From: SAR86 cluster bacterium
Lineage (GTDB): Bacteria > Pseudomonadota > Gammaproteobacteria > Pseudomonadales > Pseudohongiellaceae
NCBI GenBank assembly: GCA_002746215.1
Contig: NVWI01000004.1
Span: forward strand, 158,405 to 222,404
Reading direction: 5' to 3'
DNA length: 64,000 nt
Part shown: positions 29,997 through 38,852 of the stretch, piece by piece
How positions within the stretch are numbered: position 1 is the first letter of the stretch
How the letters are laid out: every line of letters starts with the position of its first letter
The notes under the pieces: model-generated
Databases searched by the model: none
The model's input: the letters and a program-made list of their open reading frames with translations, nothing else
What the model was told of the DNA's origin: nothing
Made by a program: the position numbers and the translations under genes

Positions 29997-31233
29997 TTTA
30001 CCGAGCTTGCTAATTAAGTCTTTACAGAGCTTCACACTGGCTTCTTGCCTGATTCTAGGCACCTTGCTGAGCACCAGCAGCTATGCTCAAGAACAACAGC
30101 CTTTTGCCGATTGGTTAGCCGATTTACGCAATGAAGCACTTGCAGAAGGCATTAGTGAAAGCCTTTTAGATGAAGCATTGAGTGTCATTGAAGAACCCAT
30201 TCCCAGAGTCATTGAACTGGACAAAAGCCAACCTGAGTTTGTACAAACATTCTCAAATTACATGAATAACCGGCTTAGCCAGGCTCGCATAGAAAGGGGA
30301 CAGGCGCTTCTACAGGAACACAGCGAGCTATTTAGCCGCATTTATCGCGAATACGGCGTACAACCTCACTACCTAGTCTCATTTTGGGCATTAGAAAGTA
30401 ACTTTGGCGATTACACCGGCGGCTTTTCAGTGCTAAATGCACTTGCGACCCTGGCCTATGACCCACGCCGCAGTGGCTTTTTTCGTAATGAATTATTAAC
30501 CGCACTGAAAATTCTGGATGCAGGACATATTAGCGTGGAAGACATGTCTGGATCATGGGCTGGAGCAATGGGCCAATGCCAGTTTATGCCTTCAACCTTT
30601 GAGCACTATGCCGTAGATGGCGACAATGATGGGCGTATAGACATCTGGAACAGTTTGCCGGATGTCTTTGCATCTGCTGCCAACTTCCTATCTGAATCAG
30701 GCTGGCGCTCCGATGAACGTTGGGGGCGTGAAGTCACTCTTCCACAAGAATTTGATTTTACTCAATCAGGCACTGCTAACCGTAAAACAGTCAGTGAATG
30801 GAATGCCCTGGGTGTCATGCGCGCTAATGGCAACCCCCTCGGCAACTCCTCCATACAAGGCTCTATCGTCTTGCCCGCTGGTGCCTCTGGCCCGGTCTTT
30901 TTAGCCTACAATAATTTTAGAACAACCATGGTCTGGAACCGCTCGACTTATTACGCAATCTCCGTTGGACACCTCGCAGACCGTTTTGTTGGTGGAGGAG
31001 AAATTCAACACTGGCCAGATACTGAAGAACGTGCCTTAAGCCGCATTGAAGTCATCGAATTACAGGAAATCCTAAATTCTATGGGTATTGATGTCGGCAG
31101 CCCCGACGGCATCTTAGGTTCAAGAACCAGAGGCGCTATTAGAACCTTCCAGGAAGAAAGTGGCTTGCCGACAGACGGCTATGCTTCCTACGACCTGTTA
31201 GACATGATGCGAATCATGGCCATATCTGAATAG
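29983..31233 (+). CDS. Lytic murein transglycosylase (MltB/Slt35-like) with a C-terminal peptidoglycan-binding domain
   Basis: It has a signal peptide, the motifs ESNFG and GAMGQCQFMPSTF, and a C-terminal PG_binding_1 repeat (DGILGSRTRGAIRTFQ). The only in-frame start is a TTG overlapping the response-regulator stop. Confidence 0.8.
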   Translation: MSGTNLPSLLIKSLQSFTLASCLILGTLLSTSSYAQEQQPFADWLADLRNEALAEGISESLLDEALSVIEEPIPRVIELDKSQPEFVQTFSNYMNNRLSQARIERGQALLQEHSELFSRIYREYGVQPHYLVSFWALESNFGDYTGGFSVLNALATLAYDPRRSGFFRNELLTALKILDAGHISVEDMSGSWAGAMGQCQFMPSTFEHYAVDGDNDGRIDIWNSLPDVFASAANFLSESGWRSDERWGREVTLPQEFDFTQSGTANRKTVSEWNALGVMRANGNPLGNSSIQGSIVLPAGASGPVFLAYNNFRTTMVWNRSTYYAISVGHLADRFVGGGEIQHWPDTEERALSRIEVIELQEILNSMGIDVGSPDGILGSRTRGAIRTFQEESGLPTDGYASYDLLDMMRIMAISE

Positions 31234-31265
31234 TTTATTTGGTTAAGCCTGCTTACTGCGCTTGC

Positions 31266-31859
31266 TTACTCTTCGTTAAACTCATTTTCTTTCATTGCTG
31301 AAGCTAATGAAACCGACCCTTTTGCGTCTAACTGATTTATCACTTCTTTTCGATCTGCTTCTGAACAATTTTGATTTAACTTAAACTGGCATTGTATCTC
31401 TGTGACTTGCACTTTTATGCCTACAATTCCTCTTAGCATTCTCTCATCATATTGAGGAATCCAAGGCTGATAAAATTGTGATTCATAAGTTGAAGTCAGC
31501 TCATCCACTATATTTTTTAATTCTTTTAAATCATGAATTACAGTGCAATTTCCATAGACATGAACTGTTTGATAGCTCCATGTTGGCACTCCTGGAGAGC
31601 TGTACCATGAAGGAGAAATATAATCATGCGAACCTTGAAAAGTGATTAGCACTTCTTGATTCTCTATGCTTCCCCATTGCGGATTAGATTTGGCTAAATG
31701 ACCCAAAAGAATGGAGCCATCAGTGCTGGTAAGAAAAGGTATATGTGAAGCAAACAGTTTTCCATCCAGTATAGAAGTTAACTGACCGAAAGCGTTTTTT
31801 CTCAAAAATGAGAGAACTTTATTTTTATCGGTCACTTCAAAGTGTTTCGGGATATACAT
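31266..31859 (-). CDS. FMN-binding negative transcriptional regulator (PaiB family)
   Basis: MYIPKHF, GHLAKSNPQW, and FKLNQN are typical of PaiB-like proteins. Confidence 0.75.
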   Translation of the reverse strand: MYIPKHFEVTDKNKVLSFLRKNAFGQLTSILDGKLFASHIPFLTSTDGSILLGHLAKSNPQWGSIENQEVLITFQGSHDYISPSWYSSPGVPTWSYQTVHVYGNCTVIHDLKELKNIVDELTSTYESQFYQPWIPQYDERMLRGIVGIKVQVTEIQCQFKLNQNCSEADRKEVINQLDAKGSVSLASAMKENEFNEE

Positions 31860-31969
31860 GTTTTACCTTGAGGCATTGAAAATATACAAAGTAATTTGGT
31901 GCGGCTCTAAAACTGACCTGATAGCGAACCTTAGGGTGTCGAAGTCATGGCTCCGACACCGAGCATAAG

Positions 31970-32635
31970 CTATATTTTTGACTGCTCGCGGGATTGCTTT
32001 AGAAAAACAAATCTTAGAATTGCCTGCTGACTTATAGTGACTAATGTTGAGGTTCCCCAGTACAGCCCAAGAGCTGATGGGAAACTTATAAGCATAAAGA
32101 CTGCAATTAATACCGGGACCAAATAAAGTATTTCCATATTTTGATCTGCGTTAGTTGGCAACATCGCCATGCTTATATACGTTAATACCCCAACAAGTAT
32201 CGCAAGCAATAGATCCGGGTTCGCAATATTAGAAATCCACAAAAATTTAGAATTTAATGTTGTATTTCTTATAGCTTGGTAAGTCCCTAGCCCAAAGAAG
32301 ATTTGAAATACCAAGTTAAGAGCCGTAAATTTAGAAAATATCTTAATACCATTTTCCTTATAAAGAGACATAGTTTTCTGCATTACTTCACTTGGCTGAT
32401 CAGCATATTTCTCTTTAATTACGTCTAGTTCAGGCTTTAGCTTTTCCATAGCAATTTTATTTTTCTGTGAGTTGTATGCCGTGTTGTAGGAAAGTGGAAA
32501 AAGCAGAATTCTTATAACCAAGGTCAACAGTATTATTGAGACTGCTTCAGTAAGCCCAAATTGCAAAGCAAAGAAATCAATACAACTCGCTAAAAAATTT
32601 GTCCATATTGCCCAAAGTTCCATATTTATCTCCAA
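31970..32635 (-). CDS. Short YidC/Oxa1-family membrane insertase-like protein
   Basis: TLVIRILLFPLS..KLKPELDVIKEKYADQPSEVMQKTMSLYKENGI matches the conserved core of the 60-kDa inner-membrane-protein family. It has five predicted TM helices and is 221 aa long. Confidence 0.55.
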   Translation of the reverse strand: MEINMELWAIWTNFLASCIDFFALQFGLTEAVSIILLTLVIRILLFPLSYNTAYNSQKNKIAMEKLKPELDVIKEKYADQPSEVMQKTMSLYKENGIKIFSKFTALNLVFQIFFGLGTYQAIRNTTLNSKFLWISNIANPDLLLAILVGVLTYISMAMLPTNADQNMEILYLVPVLIAVFMLISFPSALGLYWGTSTLVTISQQAILRFVFLKQSREQSKI

Positions 32636-32705
32636 ATTTTAAAAAACTTATGATCAGGTTACTCTGACCCTTTTGGTTTCATTTCTGTGATTTACTTTGA
32701 CGCTT

Positions 32706-33314
32706 TTAATTTCTTCTTAATTCTTGCAGTAAAACACTCACTTCTTGCTGGAGGGCTTTATGAGATTCTTTTAATGAAGCAGCATACGTAACAAGATTAG
32801 CGTAATGGGCAACAGCATGATTTTTATGCACTTCAAGATTTGTTTCTGCATATAGCTTTTCTGAAAATTCGTATCTTGAAACTAAATCATTATTCATTCT
32901 GAAGGAGTCAACCATACCTTTAGATAAGGTATATGTCTTAATAATTTGCTTTCTTAAATCATGATCAGGAACTCGGCCAATCAAAGAACTATTCCCGTTA
33001 TAAACAGTAAAAAAATCACTTACAATAGGATAGTACATAAGAAGAGCCTGATCAGGCTGAAGACTATCTAAATAAGCCCCCATTGTTTCTTGGTATCTAT
33101 CAAAAACTGTTTCAATCTCATCATAGATAGCTTGCAGCAACCCTTTTATAATTTTTTCTTCGTTTTCTTCAGATTGCTGCCTTTGGTTATCAAAAGAATG
33201 ACGAACAGCCATCAAGGCAAATAAGCCAGTAATTAATCCACCGACTATAGCTCCTGTGATAGATGACCCAAAAGAATTCCATTCCATAAACTCCACCTGA
33301 AACCTAATCGCCAA
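32706..33314 (-). CDS. Hypothetical single-pass membrane protein with a helical cytoplasmic domain
   Basis: It has a Gly-rich TM helix (SSITGAIVGGLITGLFALMAV) followed by about 160 aa of helical sequence. No family was recognised. The start may be the internal MEWNS. Confidence 0.4.
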   Translation of the reverse strand: MAIRFQVEFMEWNSFGSSITGAIVGGLITGLFALMAVRHSFDNQRQQSEENEEKIIKGLLQAIYDEIETVFDRYQETMGAYLDSLQPDQALLMYYPIVSDFFTVYNGNSSLIGRVPDHDLRKQIIKTYTLSKGMVDSFRMNNDLVSRYEFSEKLYAETNLEVHKNHAVAHYANLVTYAASLKESHKALQQEVSVLLQELRRN

Positions 33315-33333
33315 TTAACGTTATATTCCAAGG

Positions 33334-33453
33334 CCGTAGCGAGCGAAGGCTAGTCGAGGCAAAAGTTTTTCCCAGAGGCGGGAGCTTACGATCAGTAAGT
33401 GACCGTTTTGGGAAAAACTTTTAACGAAGGATAGCCGAGCGCAGCAGGCCTAA
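33334..33453. repeat. Intergenic structured repeat element, third copy of the 1453-1698 family
   Basis: It shares the blocks CGAGGCAA, GGAGCTTAC..AGTAAGTGAC, TTAACGAAG and GAGCGCA. It has perfect 14-bp inverted arms, AAAAGTTTTTCCCA (33361-33374) and TGGGAAAAACTTTT (33409-33422). It ends 2 nt from the stop of the minus-strand gene at 33456. Confidence 0.75.
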
Positions 33454-33455
33454 AA

Positions 33456-34151
33456 CTACTCCGATAAAAACTCATTCACCATCTGAATCATCTCACTGGC
33501 GGTTCTGGGATTCGCCATAATCTCCCCATTAAAAAACATCGTCGGCGTACTCCTAACCCCTGCCCTATTCCCACCACGCTGATCAGCCAGAATTTTTTCT
33601 CTGATTTCCGGCAGACCTGCATCAGCACGCAATTGTTCAATATCCAACCCGAGCTGAGCGGCATAATCCTCAAAGGCTACTGTTGCATCCGGTAATACTG
33701 CCCATGAACCCTGGTCGCTATAGAGCATGTTATACAATTCCCAGAACATTCCTTGCCTTCCCGCAGCTTCAGCGTAGCGCGCTGCTTCAAAAGAGTGTGG
33801 ATAGGTATCCAGGGGGTAATGTCGAAATACCAGGCGTGAACGTTGCCCAATCTGTTGCCAGGCCTGCGCAATCAAAGTCGCTTCATTTGCACAGTTAGGG
33901 CATTGGAAATCCCCATAAACCGTGATGGTCAGTGGGGCATCTGCCTCGCCTCTTACATGATCGGTACTGGCGATTTGATCAGGCGGATAAACCGGTGCGC
34001 CACCAAAGAGACCTTGATAGAATACATACAAAGCGATCGGAATCATCAACACCACAAAGGCTGTAACCAGTGATTTCTGTAACTGTTGACGGCGTTTAGC
34101 CTGTTGTTTCTTTTCTTCTCGCTTGAGTTTCTTTTCTGAGCTTTTTGTCAT
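33456..34151 (-). CDS. DsbA-family thioredoxin-fold protein, membrane anchored
   Basis: It has a Lys-rich N-terminus, a TM helix and the CPNC redox motif in a thioredoxin-like context (FRHYPL). Confidence 0.7.
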   Translation of the reverse strand: MTKSSEKKLKREEKKQQAKRRQQLQKSLVTAFVVLMIPIALYVFYQGLFGGAPVYPPDQIASTDHVRGEADAPLTITVYGDFQCPNCANEATLIAQAWQQIGQRSRLVFRHYPLDTYPHSFEAARYAEAAGRQGMFWELYNMLYSDQGSWAVLPDATVAFEDYAAQLGLDIEQLRADAGLPEIREKILADQRGGNRAGVRSTPTMFFNGEIMANPRTASEMIQMVNEFLSE

Positions 34152-34354
34152 GAACCTGTTATTCCTGGATATTCAAATTTTAATCAGCAGCGAAACAATG
34201 CCAAAATAACTCTGCTATAGCAATGTTTCCTTGTAGATTGCTATAATGCGCCCCCTGATTTTCTAGCTCCTTCTTCTGACTTCCTGCTAGCTGATAGGCA
34301 GTTTACATTCCCAGAATCTATCTGGTCTGGCTGAAAGAGTAGTAATTGAGATAT

Positions 34355-36199
34355 ATGAATATGGCTGTAGAAGCTGAACAACATCAAAATATCGTTGTCC
34401 GTTTTGCCGGAGACTCCGGTGACGGCATGCAGTTAACCGGCACTAGCTTCACGCTGGCAACTGCTTTGCATGGCAATAATCTTTCAACTTTCCCGGATTT
34501 TCCGGCTGAAATTCGTGCCCCAATTGGCGCAACCTTTGGTGTATCTGCCTTCCAGATTTATTTCGGCTCAGAAGATGTCACCACTGCTGGCGATGAGGTT
34601 GAAGTGCTGGTTGCGATGAACCCTGCGGCGCTGATCACCAACTTGCAATATTTAGTATCAGGCGGTCTGGTCATTGTCGATACCGGCGCTTTTAATAAAA
34701 AAAATCTGGCTAAGGCTAAATATGCAAGCAATCCTTTAGAAGATGGTTCATTAGGTGCCTACAGAGTATTGGCCATCGACATCCATTCCCAGGTGATTGC
34801 TGCGGTCGAAGAATTTGGTTTAAGCCATAAAATGGCCTTGCGCTGCAAAAACATGTGGACTCTCGGATTAGTTTTATGGCTTTTTGATCGTGATAAGCAA
34901 AGTACCGTTGAAAGCTTACTAACTAAGTTCGCCAATAAGCCTGATATTGCCAATGCCAACGTTGCGGCTCTGAATGCCGGCAACGCCTATGGTGAAACGG
35001 CCGAATTACCCAGTGGTATTGCGGTATATAAAGTACCAAAGGCAAAACAGGCACCTGGTACTTATCGAAATGTGGATGGTGCCACGGCTCTGTCCTGGGG
35101 TTTACTCGCTGGCGGACAGCTGGCAAATCTAGGTATTTTATTTGCCTCGTATCCGATCACGCCAGCCTCAAACCTCTTGCACACCCTGGCAGCGCGTAAA
35201 GATTTCGATGTCATCACTTTTCAGGCCGAAGACGAAATTGCAGCAGTATGTGCCGCTATCGGCGCATCATTTGCCGGCTCACTAGGTGTCACATCCAGTG
35301 CCGGGCCTGGTATAGCGTTGAAACAGGAGGCTATTTCCCTGGCCGTATCGGCGGAATTACCTTTGGTCGTCGTTAATACGCAACGTGGCGGCCCATCAAC
35401 AGGCTTGCCCACCAAAACTGAACAATCCGATTTATTACAGGCTATTTATGGTCGTCATGGCGACACGCCACTTCCTGTCGTCGCTTCAAGTCACCCGGGC
35501 GACTGCTTCGACAGTGCCATAGAAGCCGTAAGGCTCGCCACCAAGTATATGACGCCTGTTATGTTGCTATCTGATGGTTATATCGCCAATGCCTCCGAGC
35601 CCTGGTTAATTCCTGACTTTGATGACTATGAAGCTTTCCCGGTGTCTTTCCATGACAAGCCTGAAGGATTTAAACCTTCATTGCGTGATGCTGAAACCCT
35701 GGCACGCGTCTGGGCCAAACCAGGCACAGCAGGCCTGGAACATCGTATCGGTGGTATTGAGAAAAGTTATGACACCGGTGATATCAGCTATGACCCTGAT
35801 AATCATCAAAAAATGACTGATACCCGTAAAGCCAAAATCGACAATATTGCCGCTGATATTCCCTTGCAGGACGTTCATCTGGGTAATGACAGCGGTAAGT
35901 TGGCTGTCGTCGGTTGGGGTTCTACTTATGGCGCTATCCATCAGGCCGTTAAAAGAAGCATTAGAGAAGGCTTGGACGTCGCTCATATCCATATTCGGCA
36001 TATGTGGCCCTTACCTGCGAATTTACAGGAGTTGCTATCAGGCTATGACAATATCCTGATACCAGAAATGAATACTGGCCAGTTAGTAAAAATCATACGT
36101 GCAGAATACCTGATCGATGCCAAAGCCTTGAATAAAGTATCTGGACAACCTTTTAAAATTAGTGAAATAGAGGATGCGATTAAATCCCAGCTCAGTTAG
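34355..36199 (+). CDS. korA: 2-oxoglutarate/2-oxoacid:ferredoxin oxidoreductase alpha subunit
   Basis: A fused gamma-alpha arrangement is typical of KorA (GDSGDGMQ, YPITPAS, GGPSTGLPTK). The start is ambiguous: TTG at 34346, or ATG at 34355 or 34361. Confidence 0.8.
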   Translation: MNMAVEAEQHQNIVVRFAGDSGDGMQLTGTSFTLATALHGNNLSTFPDFPAEIRAPIGATFGVSAFQIYFGSEDVTTAGDEVEVLVAMNPAALITNLQYLVSGGLVIVDTGAFNKKNLAKAKYASNPLEDGSLGAYRVLAIDIHSQVIAAVEEFGLSHKMALRCKNMWTLGLVLWLFDRDKQSTVESLLTKFANKPDIANANVAALNAGNAYGETAELPSGIAVYKVPKAKQAPGTYRNVDGATALSWGLLAGGQLANLGILFASYPITPASNLLHTLAARKDFDVITFQAEDEIAAVCAAIGASFAGSLGVTSSAGPGIALKQEAISLAVSAELPLVVVNTQRGGPSTGLPTKTEQSDLLQAIYGRHGDTPLPVVASSHPGDCFDSAIEAVRLATKYMTPVMLLSDGYIANASEPWLIPDFDDYEAFPVSFHDKPEGFKPSLRDAETLARVWAKPGTAGLEHRIGGIEKSYDTGDISYDPDNHQKMTDTRKAKIDNIAADIPLQDVHLGNDSGKLAVVGWGSTYGAIHQAVKRSIREGLDVAHIHIRHMWPLPANLQELLSGYDNILIPEMNTGQLVKIIRAEYLIDAKALNKVSGQPFKISEIEDAIKSQLS

Positions 36200-36257
36200 G
36201 CTTTAGTAGAGACTGAAATGCGCGAGATTTAAGTCGAGGATAGTGTAGGAGATAGTT

Positions 36258-37283
36258 ATGAACCAGGCAATCAACAAATTGACGCTTAAAGACTACACCT
36301 CTGACCAGGAAGTCCGTTGGTGCCCAGGCTGTGGTGACTATGCCATTCTGAAAACCATTCAGAAACTGATGCCTGAATTTGATCAACCAAAAGAAAATCA
36401 GGTTTTTATTTCAGGCATTGGTTGCTCATCACGTTTTCCTTATTACATGAATACTTATGGTTTTCATACTATTCACGGACGAGCACCAGCAATTGCTACC
36501 GGCGTTAAACTGGCCAACCCGGAACTCGACGTGTGGGTCATAACCGGAGACGGTGATGCCTTAAGTATTGGTGGCAACCACACTTTGCACGTCTTACGTC
36601 GTAACGTAGATCTGAACATACTCTTATTCAACAATGAAATTTATGGACTGACCAAAGGGCAATATTCACCGACGTCTAAAGTCGGCACACGTTCACCCTC
36701 TACACCACAAGGTTCAATCGACTTGCCGCTTTCCCCTTGCGCCGTCGCATTAGGTTCTGGCGCTGCCTTTGTTGCCCGTTCTATTGATACCGAGATGAAA
36801 CATCTAAGCGCTGTGATAAAAATAGCTCACGCGCATAAGGGTGCATCCTTTGTCGAAATTTTACAAAACTGCCCAATCTATAACGATGGTATTTTTGAAA
36901 ACATAAAAAACAAAAAAATTGCTGCCGATTTCAGAGTTGAAATTGAACATGGTCAACCCTTGATATTTGGTAAAGAAAATACCAAAGGCATTCGACTGAA
37001 CCGAGAAACGCTGGCACTGGAAGTTGTCACTATTGGGGAGGACTGTCCCTTGGAAGATGTACTGATTCATGACCAAACCAATCTCACCTTAGCCCAGTTA
37101 ATAGGCGCAATGGGCAGCACGAATGATGAAGGTTTTCCTGTGGCAGTCGGTGTGATTTATCACAACCCTAAACCGAATTACGTTGATGACTTATTCATCC
37201 AACGTGAGCGCTTACGTCAGGACAAGGATAAGGGCAATCTGAACGCATTATTGCGCAGTGGTCATACCTGGGAAGTTGCCTGA
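36258..37283 (+). CDS. korB: 2-oxoglutarate/2-oxoacid:ferredoxin oxidoreductase beta subunit
   Basis: It has the TPP-binding motif GDGDALSIGGNH and the CPGCGD cysteine motif. It lies directly downstream of korA. Confidence 0.85.
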   Translation: MNQAINKLTLKDYTSDQEVRWCPGCGDYAILKTIQKLMPEFDQPKENQVFISGIGCSSRFPYYMNTYGFHTIHGRAPAIATGVKLANPELDVWVITGDGDALSIGGNHTLHVLRRNVDLNILLFNNEIYGLTKGQYSPTSKVGTRSPSTPQGSIDLPLSPCAVALGSGAAFVARSIDTEMKHLSAVIKIAHAHKGASFVEILQNCPIYNDGIFENIKNKKIAADFRVEIEHGQPLIFGKENTKGIRLNRETLALEVVTIGEDCPLEDVLIHDQTNLTLAQLIGAMGSTNDEGFPVAVGVIYHNPKPNYVDDLFIQRERLRQDKDKGNLNALLRSGHTWEVA

Positions 37284-37301
37284 GCACAGCCTTGAGCTGT
37301 A

Positions 37302-37377
37302 GTTGAAGTCGTTATATAAAGCTGAAGTCGTTATATAAAGCTGAAGTCGTTATATAAAGCTGAAGTAATTATATGAA
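37302..37377. repeat. 19-bp tandem repeat, four units, the last one degenerate
   Basis: G(C/T)TGAAGTCGTTATATAAA occurs at 37302, 37321 and 37340, with a degenerate unit at 37359. The array lies between the convergent 3' ends of korB and the first cluster gene. Confidence 0.9.
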
Positions 37378-37418
37378 ATTGCCTAAGCATAGGCATAGAT
37401 AGTTGTCGTTAGATCAGC

Positions 37419-38798
37419 TCATTCAAAATTTGGAATATCCATGATGGATGAAACAACCTGCAGCGCGTATTCACCCGTTTCCTCTTCAAAGTAAGACGTC
37501 ACTTGAATGTCAAAAGTGCCAAATTCAGCAGCTTCAATTTCCAGCAAGCTGTTAGACCCAAAGCCAAGACTGTCATCATCTGAAAAAAATTCTCCCGAAG
37601 GACTTTTTACGATTAAGTAAGTATCAAAATCCTCTGATTTCAGGCTTATCGTAAGAAGCTGCCCAGGCAAGGCAACTATTTCAAAGCTATCAATAAATTC
37701 ACCTGAGGCCTGTACTTCATCACCCGCTTCCAAACGGCCAATTTCGTCTAACGTGACTTCCCCCTCAAGCTCATCTTCAGTATTTATTTCAAGCGTATAA
37801 GCACCTGTCTCACCACTGCCAAAACTCGTTACCAGCACTTCATAAGCACCACTAAGCGTTAAATCCAACGACAGGCGTGAGCGATTTAAATCACCTTCAT
37901 AATCATCGTTTTCAAACTCTTCACCATTTGGAGCAATAACGATCAAGTAAGTATCAAAGTCTACTGAACGCAATTCAAACACAGTCCTTTGATTTGCAGA
38001 TCCTTCAAAAAAATAAGAATCAAGATACTTGCCTGTTTCGTCATCAACGTCGTCTTCAAATTCAAGCACGCCTCTTTCAATAATGCCGGCATTGTCCCAC
38101 GTGTCTCCGACATAAAATATCTCACCTGCGGCATATAAGGCACTGCAATCCGCGGCATCGTGCAAAGCATCCTCATCAAGTAAAGTAGTCGCTGAACCAC
38201 CCCCACCAAAACGCGGATCATCACATTCTCCATCGTTAGCCCAGTCACTTAAATCATCGCCAAAATCTATGTCTGCCAAGACTGGATCATCGTCGAATTC
38301 ATCCGCAGGCGGGATATTATCTTCTCCGACAAAATTCACACTGCCTTGATAGAGTAACGTTCTACAATCTGTTGCATCTTGCCGGACGTCATCGGCACTA
38401 GAAGCCACCGCTTCACCGTCAAAACGCGGATCATCACACTCCCCGTCTTCAGGCCAGCCGCCCTCATCATCACCAAACTCAATAGCTCTCAAAGCCAGAT
38501 TTGCTGACTCACTGGCAAGAAAGATCAAGCCTTGATCAAATAAACTGCTGCAGTCACTGGCATCGTTTTCGATACTCATTTCAACACCGATACCAGCAGA
38601 AATATTTCCCATACCTGGCCCACGGAAACGGGTATCAGAGCATTCGCCATTAACAGAAAATTCACTACTGTCATCGCCAAACATTAAAGCCGTTGTTTTT
38701 CCGCTATTAAAAGCAATAAAAAATATCAAAAAGCAAAGCGCCACCAGCAAAGCAATAGACAAGTGCTGATAAACACGCACGGCATTCATTTCACTCAC
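37419..38798 (-). CDS. Signal-anchored extracytoplasmic protein with three Cys-containing repeats and two PPC-like (pre-peptidase C-terminal-like) modules
   Basis: It has an N-terminal hydrophobic anchor (LSIALLVALCFLIFFIAF). Three repeats of about 50 aa read FGDD...W..DGECDDPRF.G...DA.DC..L. Two acidic modules contain DFDTYLIV..P.GE.F..DD. Confidence 0.7.
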   Translation of the reverse strand: MSEMNAVRVYQHLSIALLVALCFLIFFIAFNSGKTTALMFGDDSSEFSVNGECSDTRFRGPGMGNISAGIGVEMSIENDASDCSSLFDQGLIFLASESANLALRAIEFGDDEGGWPEDGECDDPRFDGEAVASSADDVRQDATDCRTLLYQGSVNFVGEDNIPPADEFDDDPVLADIDFGDDLSDWANDGECDDPRFGGGGSATTLLDEDALHDAADCSALYAAGEIFYVGDTWDNAGIIERGVLEFEDDVDDETGKYLDSYFFEGSANQRTVFELRSVDFDTYLIVIAPNGEEFENDDYEGDLNRSRLSLDLTLSGAYEVLVTSFGSGETGAYTLEINTEDELEGEVTLDEIGRLEAGDEVQASGEFIDSFEIVALPGQLLTISLKSEDFDTYLIVKSPSGEFFSDDDSLGFGSNSLLEIEAAEFGTFDIQVTSYFEEETGEYALQVVSSIMDIPNFE

Positions 38799-38852
38799 TT
38801 TAGTACCTCACTCATAACTGGCTCCCAGTACTCTTTATTACAGCGCTTTTTG

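Noticed and set aside
31935-31960. Hairpin GGTGTCG-n12-CGACACC as a terminator downstream of the YidC-like gene
   Set aside because: The stem is only 7 bp with a 12-nt loop, and no U-tract follows on the minus strand. The support is too weak.
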